The position numbers and the translations under genes are program-made. This document shows, in pieces, positions 17,429 through 26,420 of a stretch of 46,924 bases of DNA (within the stretch, counting starts at the first letter, position 1; every line of letters starts with the position of its first letter). This DNA is from Spirochaetia bacterium (GTDB lineage: Bacteria > Spirochaetota > Spirochaetia > DSM-27196 > DATKUC01). Location of the stretch: contig DATKUF010000018.1 of NCBI GenBank assembly GCA_035530755.1, forward strand, positions 1-46,924. The letters run 5' to 3'. The notes under the pieces were generated by a model. The model was not told the origin of the DNA, ran no database searches, and was given only the letters and a program-made list of their open reading frames with translations.

Positions 17429-18513
17429 AGCCTGACCAACTTCTTCCCATCAGCACCGCGGAACGGATTGTGCACGTTGCGCAGGAACGCCCGATAGACC
17501 TTGCACGCCTCGTAGTAGCCGTCCGGGCCCCGGTAGGTTGAAGACAGGTCGCAGCGGTACAGCTCGAGGAGGATGGGAAAGAGCCGTGAGGACATGAGCT
17601 TTTCGGTCCGGTAGACCGGAAGCGCCGCGAGCGCTCCGGGCACCATGTGATAACGAACAAGAAAATCGACCTGTTCGATGAACTCGGCCTGAAAGCCCAT
17701 TTTTCCGAGAAAGGTTCGCGCGATACCGGCTCCGATTTCCGCGTGCCCGTCAAAGCGACGCTCGCCTTTGCGCTGGGAGTAGGGCTTTCCGCAGTCGTGC
17801 AGGAATAGAGAAAGGGAGAGCAGAAGGTCGTTCGTTTTTCGGTAACGCAGAGTCTCGAGTGAGTGGACCCACACATTGCCTTCCGGATGATGACCTTTTG
17901 ACTGATCGGTAGCGTTCATTGGGACGAACTGAGGCCAGAAGCGCTCCACAAAGCCGGACTCCATGAGCAAATCCAGGCCGTTCCACGGCGAATCACTGCC
18001 GAAGAGGTTTCGCACGAAGGTCCGATGCAATTCGGTTGACGGCTCAGGGACGTCCGGCGTCAGCTGAGGAATCGGTCCGCTGAGCCGGTAATTGTAACGC
18101 GCGGCGAGAATTGCCGCGTACATAACCACATCCAGCGGATTGGATGGATTGGCCGGCATTTCGATGGATGATTCCCGAAGCTGCGGGTAGACACCGTGCG
18201 GATCGAGAAACAGGTCGCGAGTCGGGTCGTAGACAATGTCGAGTACGGGGAACGTGTGTCGACCGAACTTTTCGCCCGGTTCGTCCCGACAGGTAAGATG
18301 GATGCGCGTTCCATCTCGCGTAATTGCGGCATCTACTCCTTCCACGGCGGGGAACTCGAGATCGGGAAACAATTTCGCCAGGTCAACCAGCGAACACCCG
18401 ACGGCCAGGTGAACATTTTCGCGGGTTTTTTTCCGGAAGAAACGGTCCAGCGCCGAGAAGGATGTGAGGTAATATGGAATCCGGCTTTCGGCCAGCTCTT
18501 GGAACACGGTCAT
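17416..18513 (-). CDS. HD-domain protein of the CCA-adding / poly(A) polymerase family with a degenerate nucleotidyltransferase head
   Basis: HD motif FLHDCGKPYS...FDGHAEIGA as in CCA-enzyme HD domains. The N-terminal head lacks the GG...DxD signature. The start is taken at the internal ATG (MTVFQEL) to avoid overlapping the upstream gene. Confidence 0.55.
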   Translation of the reverse strand: MTVFQELAESRIPYYLTSFSALDRFFRKKTRENVHLAVGCSLVDLAKLFPDLEFPAVEGVDAAITRDGTRIHLTCRDEPGEKFGRHTFPVLDIVYDPTRDLFLDPHGVYPQLRESSIEMPANPSNPLDVVMYAAILAARYNYRLSGPIPQLTPDVPEPSTELHRTFVRNLFGSDSPWNGLDLLMESGFVERFWPQFVPMNATDQSKGHHPEGNVWVHSLETLRYRKTNDLLLSLSLFLHDCGKPYSQRKGERRFDGHAEIGAGIARTFLGKMGFQAEFIEQVDFLVRYHMVPGALAALPVYRTEKLMSSRLFPILLELYRCDLSSTYRGPDGYYEACKVYRAFLRNVHNPFRGADGKKLVRLYVE

Positions 18514-18541
18514 AACAGGTAAGATAACTTTCGGCAATCGC

Positions 18542-20392
18542 TCAGTCCAGCGCGCCGTCGGACTCTGAAGCAGCCCACCGCTGCACTTCGGCAATCACAG
18601 GGTCGTCCGCCAGAGTCCCGTGCACGCGCTCATAGTCATCAAATATACGTCGACCCCGGGAATAATCCTTCTCACGGCTATGCAGGGTCATTTCAGCAAT
18701 TCGTTTCACTGCGTTGAGGTAGAATCGTCGTTCCTCTGCCGAAGGCAACGGAGCACCTACGGTGCCCGATCTCCATTGATCGAGGACTGCACGGATCCTG
18801 GCCCATTCGAGGAAGAAACGAAAGATCTCGATCCCGGCGCGCAGATCTGCCGTGGTTACGAAGTTTCGTCCGATTTCCGAAATATCGGACGGAAGAAAGA
18901 GTTCCGGGTCGACCGGGCCGTGCCGCTGCACGACGCGCTCCAGGGCGTCGCACGCACGCCGAACATCGTCCAGAATCGGCTCGCGGAAAATTTCCGACGG
19001 GATGTTATGACGACGCGCCCGGTTGCGCTCCCTGAATTTTGCCTGATTGCGCCAGAGTGAGTAGAAATTCTCACGAAGGACCCATCCGGGAATAAGTTGC
19101 GCGTAACCACCCGGCAATTCAGGGTGTCGGCCGACCGGTTCACACAACAGTGAAAAGGGCATCGAGAGCTTCTGAGGCAGCGTAGTCAGGCCGGCTGCAA
19201 TGAGCGAGTAGGGTGAATGCAGAAAGTTGGCCGGAAACTTCACATTGCATCCGAGCCCGAAGAACATACCCTCGCCGGCCCACAGCTCCTGGTCCGGAAG
19301 TCGGGAAGTGTGGTTGGAACCAACGTTCGCTCCATAGGCGACGTTACCCTTCCCATCCGGCCAGCAGGTTGCGATGAGCAGTGCCTGGTGGTGAAATCCA
19401 ACGAACGGTCCGACCAGACTCGCCGTTACCTCACCTTCTGCAACACCGGAATTGGGACCGATAACGGAGGTCGTGACTTTTCCGTGGCGCTCCACGTGTG
19501 AATGTTCAAGCAGGAGCGACCGGTCGACAATCGCTCCGTCTCGTACGTCAACTCCCGGCTGCAGGATCGAGCGGCGCACGACCGACCCGGTGCCGACAAA
19601 TGTCCGCTCCCCTGGCGAAGAGAGGACCGTCGATTCTTCGACAAGGGAAGCTCCGTCTATCACGCTTCCCGATCCGATCCAGGCATTTCGCACCATCGAA
19701 CAACTACGAACAGTCGCTCCCGCGCCGACGATGCCAAATTCGCGGGTCGCCCGGGCCGCATAGTCGCTGGACGCACTCATGAGTCGGCCGGCCCTTTCAG
19801 CGTCGGGCGGAAATCCGGCAAGGAGTCCGGCGTCCGACAGAGTGAGTTCCGCCAGCAGGGGAATCGGTCGTCCGCCGCTTTCCACTCCAACGTGCGCAAC
19901 GCCGTCGTTGCCGCACGCCGAAGATCCGGAAAAGATCAGCGTGGACGCCAGGACGGATGCCCCCGACGCAATCCGGTATCCGCTGACGAGCGGACAGCGG
20001 TGAACCGCGGCCAGATCGTCAACAACTGTGTGCCGGAGGGTGCTGTGATAGATTCCGGGAGGAAGCGGGACGGTATCGTTTTCTTCGGTGATGCTCGTCG
20101 GCGGACGCTTTCTCGTGAATTGGCCGAATACGCAGGCACCGGCAAAATGGTTTCCGATTATCTGATCCGGTGAGAAGTCCTCCGCTACCAGAATGAGATC
20201 CCAGTCTTCGGCACTGTTTCCCTGCCGCTTGAGGCGGCGACGCTCCGAGGCGCTCATTCGACGGAGCCGGAAACGGCTGCTTCGGAGAGCTTCTGAACGA
20301 AGACGGTCGAACCACCCGGTGCTCAACCGCACGCCGCCGATCTGAAGAGAATGCGACATCTCATTCAGGAAGTGAGAGTTCTCGGGGTCCAT
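18542..20392 (-). CDS. DUF4954-like left-handed beta-helix protein
   Basis: The N-terminal LRRMSASERRRLKRQGNSAEDWDLILV resembles the DUF4954 N-terminus. A long run of hexapeptide-like repeats follows (GAGATVRSCSMVRNAWIGSGSVIDGASLVEESTV...). Length 616 aa. Confidence 0.5.
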   Translation of the reverse strand: MDPENSHFLNEMSHSLQIGGVRLSTGWFDRLRSEALRSSRFRLRRMSASERRRLKRQGNSAEDWDLILVAEDFSPDQIIGNHFAGACVFGQFTRKRPPTSITEENDTVPLPPGIYHSTLRHTVVDDLAAVHRCPLVSGYRIASGASVLASTLIFSGSSACGNDGVAHVGVESGGRPIPLLAELTLSDAGLLAGFPPDAERAGRLMSASSDYAARATREFGIVGAGATVRSCSMVRNAWIGSGSVIDGASLVEESTVLSSPGERTFVGTGSVVRRSILQPGVDVRDGAIVDRSLLLEHSHVERHGKVTTSVIGPNSGVAEGEVTASLVGPFVGFHHQALLIATCWPDGKGNVAYGANVGSNHTSRLPDQELWAGEGMFFGLGCNVKFPANFLHSPYSLIAAGLTTLPQKLSMPFSLLCEPVGRHPELPGGYAQLIPGWVLRENFYSLWRNQAKFRERNRARRHNIPSEIFREPILDDVRRACDALERVVQRHGPVDPELFLPSDISEIGRNFVTTADLRAGIEIFRFFLEWARIRAVLDQWRSGTVGAPLPSAEERRFYLNAVKRIAEMTLHSREKDYSRGRRIFDDYERVHGTLADDPVIAEVQRWAASESDGALD

Positions 20393-20471
20393 GACAGCAT
20401 TCTACCAGCGCATTGTGTCGCCTGTCAGGCTGTTGCTGCGGTAGTCCGCTCCGGAGTATGGTTTGCCTGCG

Positions 20472-21494
20472 ATGAAGATTGCCAAGCACCAGATAGTCAT
20501 GCGGCGCCCGGACGACTTCCATCTTCATGTGCGCCAGGGTGCGCTGCTCACCGCAGTTGTCCCCGAGACCGCACGCGTTTTCTCGCGCGCTCTGATCATG
20601 CCCAACACCATCCCGCCTGTGGCTGCAGCGGAGGACGTTGAACAATACCGGGAACAGATCATCGATGCGGCGGGTTCGCACGGATTCGAACCGCTCATGG
20701 CTTTCAAGATTTCATCACGATCCGCCGAGACATGGAACGTCGAAAAACTTCGCCATGCGGCCGGGCTTGTGGCCGGAAAGTACTACCCGCAGGGGGCTAC
20801 GACGAACGCGGAAGACGGGATTCGGAATGCTCGAGAGCTCTATCCACTGTTCGACATGATGCAGAGTGCGGGAACCGTGCTCGCAATTCACGGCGAGGAT
20901 CCGGAAGCGTTCTGTCTCGACCGCGAAGCGCAGTTTCTCCCCCTGTTGTCCCGGATTGCCGCCGATTTTCCCCGACTGCGCATCGTTCTGGAACATGTCT
21001 CGTCCCGCGCTGGAATCGACGCCGTGAATGCGCTGCCGAAACGGATCGCCGCCACGATAACCGTGCATCATCTTCTTCTCACCCTCGATGACCTGGTCGG
21101 CGGTCTGCTATCGCCGCACAATTTCTGCAAGCCGATCGTCAAGACCCCAGCAGATCGGGACGCACTGCGCGAAGTGGTGTTTTCCGGCAATCCCAGGTTC
21201 TTTTTCGGCTCCGACAGCGCTCCTCATCCTCGCGAGGCAAAGGAATCCGCGAGCGGGAGCGCCGGAGTATTTTCGGCACCGGTCGCGCTGCCTGCGCTTG
21301 TTGAGCTTTTCATGAAAGCCGATCGGATCGAACGGCTCGAAGACTTCATTGCCGGCTTCGGGGCAGACTTCTACGAGCTTCCGCGCAACGCCGGAGAGGT
21401 CACGCTCATTTCAGACGAGTGGCGCGTTCCCGCGGAAATCGCCGGAGTGGTTCCGTTCCTTTCGGGAACCGGATTGCGCTGGGCCGTCGAATAG
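20472..21494 (+). CDS. pyrC: Dihydroorotase (E. coli-type, class II)
   Basis: RRPDDFHLHVRQG (HxH) and MPNTIPPV motifs. ATG 20472 is preferred over TTG 20463. Confidence 0.85.
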   Translation: MKIAKHQIVMRRPDDFHLHVRQGALLTAVVPETARVFSRALIMPNTIPPVAAAEDVEQYREQIIDAAGSHGFEPLMAFKISSRSAETWNVEKLRHAAGLVAGKYYPQGATTNAEDGIRNARELYPLFDMMQSAGTVLAIHGEDPEAFCLDREAQFLPLLSRIAADFPRLRIVLEHVSSRAGIDAVNALPKRIAATITVHHLLLTLDDLVGGLLSPHNFCKPIVKTPADRDALREVVFSGNPRFFFGSDSAPHPREAKESASGSAGVFSAPVALPALVELFMKADRIERLEDFIAGFGADFYELPRNAGEVTLISDEWRVPAEIAGVVPFLSGTGLRWAVE

Positions 21495-21552
21495 AGGCTC
21501 GACGTTGTCCGTCCGCGAACCAAACCGTACATTGATAGTGGGAAACTAAACT

Positions 21553-22803
21553 ATGAGACATCGAAAGCGGCCGCAGCCAAGTGGCGGGCCGGCTACACAC
21601 CCGGGTACGAACGGATCGCTCCTGCTTCTTTTTCCGGTCGTCTTCATGGACATGATCGGTTTCGGATTCATCATACCGCTACTCCCGGACTATGCGGAAC
21701 GGTTCGGCGGGACGCCGATGGTTGTAGGGTTGCTCATGGCTGTATACGCCGCCGGGCAATTCGTCGCGGCGCCGCTGCTCGGGAGGCTCTCCGATCGACT
21801 CGGACGACGCCCGGTTTTTCTGCTGAGCATCGCCGGGTCTCTGGCCTCAATGGTGATTCTGGCCTTCTCACGCAGTATCGGCGTCCTTTTTCTGAGCAGA
21901 GTAGTGGGCGGTCTTGCGGGCGGCAACTTCACCGTTGCGCAATCCTACGCCGCGGATGTGACAGACGAGGAGAATCGCGCCCGTGGGCTTGGGGTGATAG
22001 GCGCGGCCTTCGGAATGGGTTTTGTAGTCGGGCCCCTTTTTGGCGGGATTCTGGTGAACTTTGGATTCTCGGTACCACCACTCGTCGCAGCGGGTCTGTC
22101 CGCGATCAACCTGCTGATGGTTTCGGTTTTTCTGCCCGAGTCGCTCCCGGCCGAAAGGGGTGGCACGCGGACCAGGAGTTCCGGAAGGCTCTTCCCGCTC
22201 GCCCGGCTCGGGGAAACACTTCGAAAAAGACCCGTGGGTGATGTGCTGGCGGTGACGTTCGTCTACGGGCTCGCATTTACGATGTTCGAAATGATCTTCT
22301 CGCTGTTCGCCCAAAAACGGCTCGGTCTCTCCGCTCAGGTCAGAAGCTACGTGCTGGGATACGTGGGCGTGCTGCTCGCGCTGGTCCAGGGCGGCGGAAT
22401 CGGATTACTCACAAAGCGCTTCGAAGAACGGAAGCTGATTCTTGTTTCGGCAGCCGTGATGTCAATCTCGGTGGGGTTATGGGCGTTTTCAACTTCGATC
22501 CTCTACCTTCTGATTGTGCTCGCACCCCTCTCCCTGGCGGCGGGAATCATTACGACCCTTCTTCGGAGCGTCCTTTCCAAATCCGTCGCGCCCGAGGACG
22601 TTGGCGGCACGCTAGGCCTCAGCAATTCGCTCGACAGCCTCAATCGGGTAATCTCTCCGGCCATCGGCGGACTCATGATCGGGGGAATCGGCACGTGGGC
22701 ACCCGGCGTGCTCGGAGCGTTGCTTTTAAGTGGCGCGACGGTTCTGATCTGGGTCAAACTGGTTCGTCGAAAGGCTCCCGTGACAATGGGCGACGGTACC
22801 TGA
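21553..22803 (+). CDS. MFS transporter (TetA/TCR-like efflux family)
   Basis: Twelve-TM-like hydrophobicity, motif A LGRLSDRLGRRPV, and an N-terminal IGFGFIIPLLP. Confidence 0.8.
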   Translation: MRHRKRPQPSGGPATHPGTNGSLLLLFPVVFMDMIGFGFIIPLLPDYAERFGGTPMVVGLLMAVYAAGQFVAAPLLGRLSDRLGRRPVFLLSIAGSLASMVILAFSRSIGVLFLSRVVGGLAGGNFTVAQSYAADVTDEENRARGLGVIGAAFGMGFVVGPLFGGILVNFGFSVPPLVAAGLSAINLLMVSVFLPESLPAERGGTRTRSSGRLFPLARLGETLRKRPVGDVLAVTFVYGLAFTMFEMIFSLFAQKRLGLSAQVRSYVLGYVGVLLALVQGGGIGLLTKRFEERKLILVSAAVMSISVGLWAFSTSILYLLIVLAPLSLAAGIITTLLRSVLSKSVAPEDVGGTLGLSNSLDSLNRVISPAIGGLMIGGIGTWAPGVLGALLLSGATVLIWVKLVRRKAPVTMGDGT

Positions 22804-22866
22804 ATCCCGCGCGAATTCGCCCGGTTTTCGGTATCCACTCTTACCGGAATTGGTTATAATTCACTC

Positions 22867-22887
22867 ATCGGCAGCGTTCATGCCGAT
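22867..22887 (+). other. Hairpin at the likely 5' end of the corA leader
   Basis: ATCGGCA gcgttca TGCCGAT forms a perfect 7-bp stem with a 7-nt loop. It lies 7 nt downstream of a TATAAT hexamer (22855-22860); the corresponding -35 is poor. Confidence 0.35.
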
Positions 22888-22916
22888 CATCCAAACGAAG
22901 GAGGAATCAGGACTGT

Positions 22917-23129
22917 ATGGGCGAATCCAACGCCAGTTTATGCATTTTCAACGGTCGCCGCGAAAGCTCCACCGACGGTAACTTTGCCGACGGCGACAGC
23001 GGGGGCAACTCGCAAGGTGATGGTACGTATCACGAACGTACCCTGACGATACTCGAAAATACCGGTTCTTTCCTGACTGCTAATTCAACGCGCCGACACG
23101 GCAGCATCACGGCAATCACTCTCGCCTGA
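22917..23129 (+). CDS. Candidate small protein (70 aa) or upstream ORF in the corA leader
   Basis: ATG preceded by AAGGAGG (22898-22904, 12-nt spacing). Third codon positions are C-rich, as in neighbouring genes. Gly/Asp/Asn/Ser-rich segment DGNFADGDSGGNSQGDG. No recognisable family. Confidence 0.3.
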   Translation: MGESNASLCIFNGRRESSTDGNFADGDSGGNSQGDGTYHERTLTILENTGSFLTANSTRRHGSITAITLA

Positions 23130-23178
23130 CGCACCTCGCCTGCCGGCCTACGGGTTTGTCTGCCGGGAAAAGGTTGAG

Positions 23179-24114
23179 GTGATCATGATTACAATGTGGA
23201 AACAGGATGGTAAGGGACTCGTGCGAACCGGCATCCTCGAAAGGAACTGCTGGATCCAGGTTACTGCCCCGACGCCCCTCGAGATCGAAACTATCCAACG
23301 GGAATATCACATCGAGCCGGATGTCATTACCGACATTCTCGACATGGACGAAAGGTCGCGCAGCGAGCGCGGAGACGATTACCTGCTTCTCATCGTTCGC
23401 GTCCCGATTCATGACGCGTCGGCCGAGGTGCCCTACCAAACCATGCCGCTCGGGATCATTCTCGTCTCGGATCTCATCATTACGATCAGCGTTCGTGAGG
23501 CCGACGTGTTGCGCGACTTCACCCAGAACCGCATCAGGAACATCGACGTACGTAACCGGCCGAGCTTCATTATGAACATGTTCCTTCGCCTGGCAGTTCA
23601 TTTCCTGGGTCATCTCAAGGACATAAACCGCCAGTCGGGCAGTGTCGAGTTCGAGCTTCAGAAGTCGATCCGAAACAACGAGCTGATCCGCCTGCTTTCG
23701 CTGGAGAAATCCCTGGTATTCTTCACTACATCGCTCAAATCCAACGAGCTTCTGATCGAAAAAGTGCAAAAGACCGGGCTCGTGCGGCTTTCTGAGGATG
23801 AAATGGACCTGCTCGAGGACGTCATGACCGAGAACAAGCAGGCAATTGAAATGGCGAACATCTACAGCAACATTCTGAGCGGAATGATGGACGCCTTCGC
23901 TTCCGTGATTTCGAACAATCTCAACGTGGTCATGAAAAGGCTGACGACAATTTCCATAGTTCTCATGATTCCGACGCTGATAGCCAGCGTCTACGGCATG
24001 AATGTAGGCCTCCCCTTCCAACACTCACCATTTGCGTTTCTCGGCGTTATGATCCTCTCGGTCGCCGCATCCGCGTTTGGCACCTGGTTCTTCGTGCGAA
24101 AGAAGTTCTTCTGA
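23179..24114 (+). CDS. corA: CorA family Mg2+/Co2+ transporter
   Basis: C-terminal two TM helices with the YGMNV signature (LIASVYGMNVGLPF). The start is uncertain: GTG 23179, ATG 23185 or ATG 23194. Confidence 0.85.
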   Translation: MIMITMWKQDGKGLVRTGILERNCWIQVTAPTPLEIETIQREYHIEPDVITDILDMDERSRSERGDDYLLLIVRVPIHDASAEVPYQTMPLGIILVSDLIITISVREADVLRDFTQNRIRNIDVRNRPSFIMNMFLRLAVHFLGHLKDINRQSGSVEFELQKSIRNNELIRLLSLEKSLVFFTTSLKSNELLIEKVQKTGLVRLSEDEMDLLEDVMTENKQAIEMANIYSNILSGMMDAFASVISNNLNVVMKRLTTISIVLMIPTLIASVYGMNVGLPFQHSPFAFLGVMILSVAASAFGTWFFVRKKFF

Positions 24115-24156
24115 TTTTGCGGTTCGTGTTATAGTAGCGGGATAACGGGGGGCAGC

Positions 24157-25650
24157 ATGGAGTACGCGATCGCCGTGTTCGACGTGGGCAAAACCAACAA
24201 GAAGCTTCTGATCTACGACCGCGACTTGAATATCCTCAATTCCACCTACCGCGTGTTCCCGACAATTGATCGAGACGGAGTGGAACTCGAGGACGTGGAG
24301 AGCGTCGAAGCCTGGCTTCGCGAGCAGCTGCGCATTTTTGCCGCAAAATACCCGATCAAAGTTCTCACGGTGACGACTCACGGAGCTTCGTTTGTCTGTG
24401 TCGGTAAAGACGGGCTTCCCGCAGTGCCCGTCCTCTCCTACACATTCGAGCCGGGCGAAGCATTCCACGAAGAGTTCTATCGCGCGGTTGGCGACCGGGA
24501 CGAGCTCCAACGTACCACAGCCACCCTGGAGCTCAAGGCGCTGATAAACCCCGGTAAAGGGCTCTTTTTTGCGCAACAACGCTACCCGGCCGAGTTCGCA
24601 AATGTCCGTACAATCCTGTTCTACCCGCAGTATTGGGGATTCCGCCTGACGGGCGAGATAGCGGCCGACTACACCTACGTGGGATGCCATACCTACCTGT
24701 GGGACTTCGCGGCAGCAACCTGGTCTGCGGTCGCCGATCGGCTCGGCGTGCGCGATCTGCTCCCAAGGCGGATCGGTGGTCCCTGGGAGATCCTCGGTCG
24801 GGTAACACCGGAGGTTGCAGAGGCGACCGGCCTGGATCCGTCGACGGTTGTTACCCTCGGCCTGCACGACTCGAACTCTTCACTTCTACCGCACCTGATA
24901 AAGCGAACCGGCAGCTTCGTTCTCAACTCGACGGGTACGTGGTGCGTAGCGATGCATCCGGTGGAGAAGGTGACGTTTGCGCCCGACGAGATCGGCAAGG
25001 CGGTGTTCTACAACATATCTCCCCTCGGCAAACCGGTGAAGACGTCAATTCTGATGGGAGGACACGAATTCGAAGTCTATTCGGATCTTCTGAAGAAGAT
25101 TTGCACCCGCACCGCATTCCCTTCGTTCAACCGTGAGATCTACGAACGAATAATCAGAGAAAAGAGGCTTTTCATCCTGCCGGGAGTCGTGGCGGGCTCG
25201 GGGCAGTTTCCTCATTCAAAGCCCCGCGTGGTAGAAAACGGCACGGTCTACCCGCTCAAGGAGCTGCATCAGGGGAAGAAGATTCCTGACTTCATGAAGG
25301 ATTTTGAGACCGGTTACGCCGTGCTCAACCTTTCACTTGCACTGCAGACCCGGGTTGCGCTCGAACGGGTCGGCCTCGGCCCCGGGGTGAAGCTTTTCAC
25401 CGAAGGCGGGTTCCGGAACAATGCGGACTACAATGCATTGGTCTCGAGCTGCTTTCCACGTTCGCCGCACTTTCTCACGAATGTCCGCGAGGCAACCTCC
25501 TTCGGTGCGGCACTCGTTTCCCGCCTCGCCGTGGAAGGCGGCACCCTGGCCGATCTTGCGCACACGTTCGAGATCGAAGACCGGGAGGTTGATGCAGTGG
25601 AGTTCGAGGGCCTCGAAGAGTACTCGAAGGCGTTTTTCGAGATCCTGTAG
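24157..25650 (+). CDS. FGGY-family carbohydrate kinase (substrate unknown)
   Basis: N-terminal AVFDVGKTNKK phosphate-binding loop and a two-domain actin-like ATPase layout. Length 497 aa. Confidence 0.65.
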   Translation: MEYAIAVFDVGKTNKKLLIYDRDLNILNSTYRVFPTIDRDGVELEDVESVEAWLREQLRIFAAKYPIKVLTVTTHGASFVCVGKDGLPAVPVLSYTFEPGEAFHEEFYRAVGDRDELQRTTATLELKALINPGKGLFFAQQRYPAEFANVRTILFYPQYWGFRLTGEIAADYTYVGCHTYLWDFAAATWSAVADRLGVRDLLPRRIGGPWEILGRVTPEVAEATGLDPSTVVTLGLHDSNSSLLPHLIKRTGSFVLNSTGTWCVAMHPVEKVTFAPDEIGKAVFYNISPLGKPVKTSILMGGHEFEVYSDLLKKICTRTAFPSFNREIYERIIREKRLFILPGVVAGSGQFPHSKPRVVENGTVYPLKELHQGKKIPDFMKDFETGYAVLNLSLALQTRVALERVGLGPGVKLFTEGGFRNNADYNALVSSCFPRSPHFLTNVREATSFGAALVSRLAVEGGTLADLAHTFEIEDREVDAVEFEGLEEYSKAFFEIL

Positions 25651-26420
25651 TGGCGAGCGTGAACGTGACGATCATTCCCGCCCTGGACCTGCTTGACGGT
25701 CGGTGCGTTCGGCTCACCCAGGGAAGCTACACCGCGGTATCGGTCTACGATGATGATCCCGCGTCCGTGGCAAAGAGATTCGAAGAAGCCGGCGCGCGCC
25801 GCATTCACGTTGTTGATCTCGATGCGGCTCGGAGCAGCGGCAATAACCGAAAGTTACTTTCCCGGATCCGCCGGAGCGTTTCTGCGGTAATCGAGGTCGG
25901 CGGGGGGGTGCGAACCGACGACGATGTCGCTGAGCTTGTGGACGCGGGAATTGATCGGATAATAGTGGGCACGCTATTGGCGCGGGATCCTGAACAGGTC
26001 GCGCGCTGGTGTGCCGGCGGGAAGGCGATTTTTCTAGCCGGGATCGACGCACGAGACGGAGCCGTGATGGTCCAGGGCTGGGAGTCGGGAACCAGCATCG
26101 AGGACATAGCGCTCGCACGGCAGGCGCGTGAGATTGGTTGTGCCGGCATCATCTACACTAGCATATCGCGGGATGGTATGCTCTCGGGCCCGGACATCGA
26201 GCGCACAAACATGGTGGCTGTTTCCGCACACCTGCCGGTCGTGCTTTCCGGCGGCATTTCCTCCGCCTCCGACATCGCTGCGGTGATTGAGCACGGCGAA
26301 CCGGGAATCCGCGGAATAGTGGTCGGAAAGGCACTGTACGCCGGGAAGGTCGATCTGGCGGCTGCGCTCGAAATGGCCGAGGCAAGCCGACCGGACGATG
26401 AAGATGAGGTTTCATGGTGA
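25650..26420 (+). CDS. hisA: 1-(5-phosphoribosyl)-5-[(5-phosphoribosylamino)methylideneamino]imidazole-4-carboxamide isomerase HisA
   Basis: IIPALDLLDGRCVRLTQGSY N-terminus. VGGGVRT and SGGISS phosphate-binding motifs. The GTG start overlaps the upstream stop by 1 nt. Confidence 0.85.
   Translation: MASVNVTIIPALDLLDGRCVRLTQGSYTAVSVYDDDPASVAKRFEEAGARRIHVVDLDAARSSGNNRKLLSRIRRSVSAVIEVGGGVRTDDDVAELVDAGIDRIIVGTLLARDPEQVARWCAGGKAIFLAGIDARDGAVMVQGWESGTSIEDIALARQAREIGCAGIIYTSISRDGMLSGPDIERTNMVAVSAHLPVVLSGGISSASDIAAVIEHGEPGIRGIVVGKALYAGKVDLAAALEMAEASRPDDEDEVSW

Noticed and set aside
20673-20696. An inverted repeat GCGG(G)TTCG...CGAACCGC inside pyrC that also resembles a tRNA T-arm.
   Set aside because: It lies inside a well-supported coding frame and has a bulged, imperfect stem. 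No other tRNA elements are present, so it is most likely a chance occurrence.
22804-23178. An M-box (ykoK) or NiCo riboswitch upstream of corA.
   Set aside because: I could not find the conserved M-box segments (GUUAGGUGAGGC..., CAGUGCUAAAGCUC) or the NiCo four-way junction consensus by eye. An Infernal scan would be needed to exclude divergent versions.
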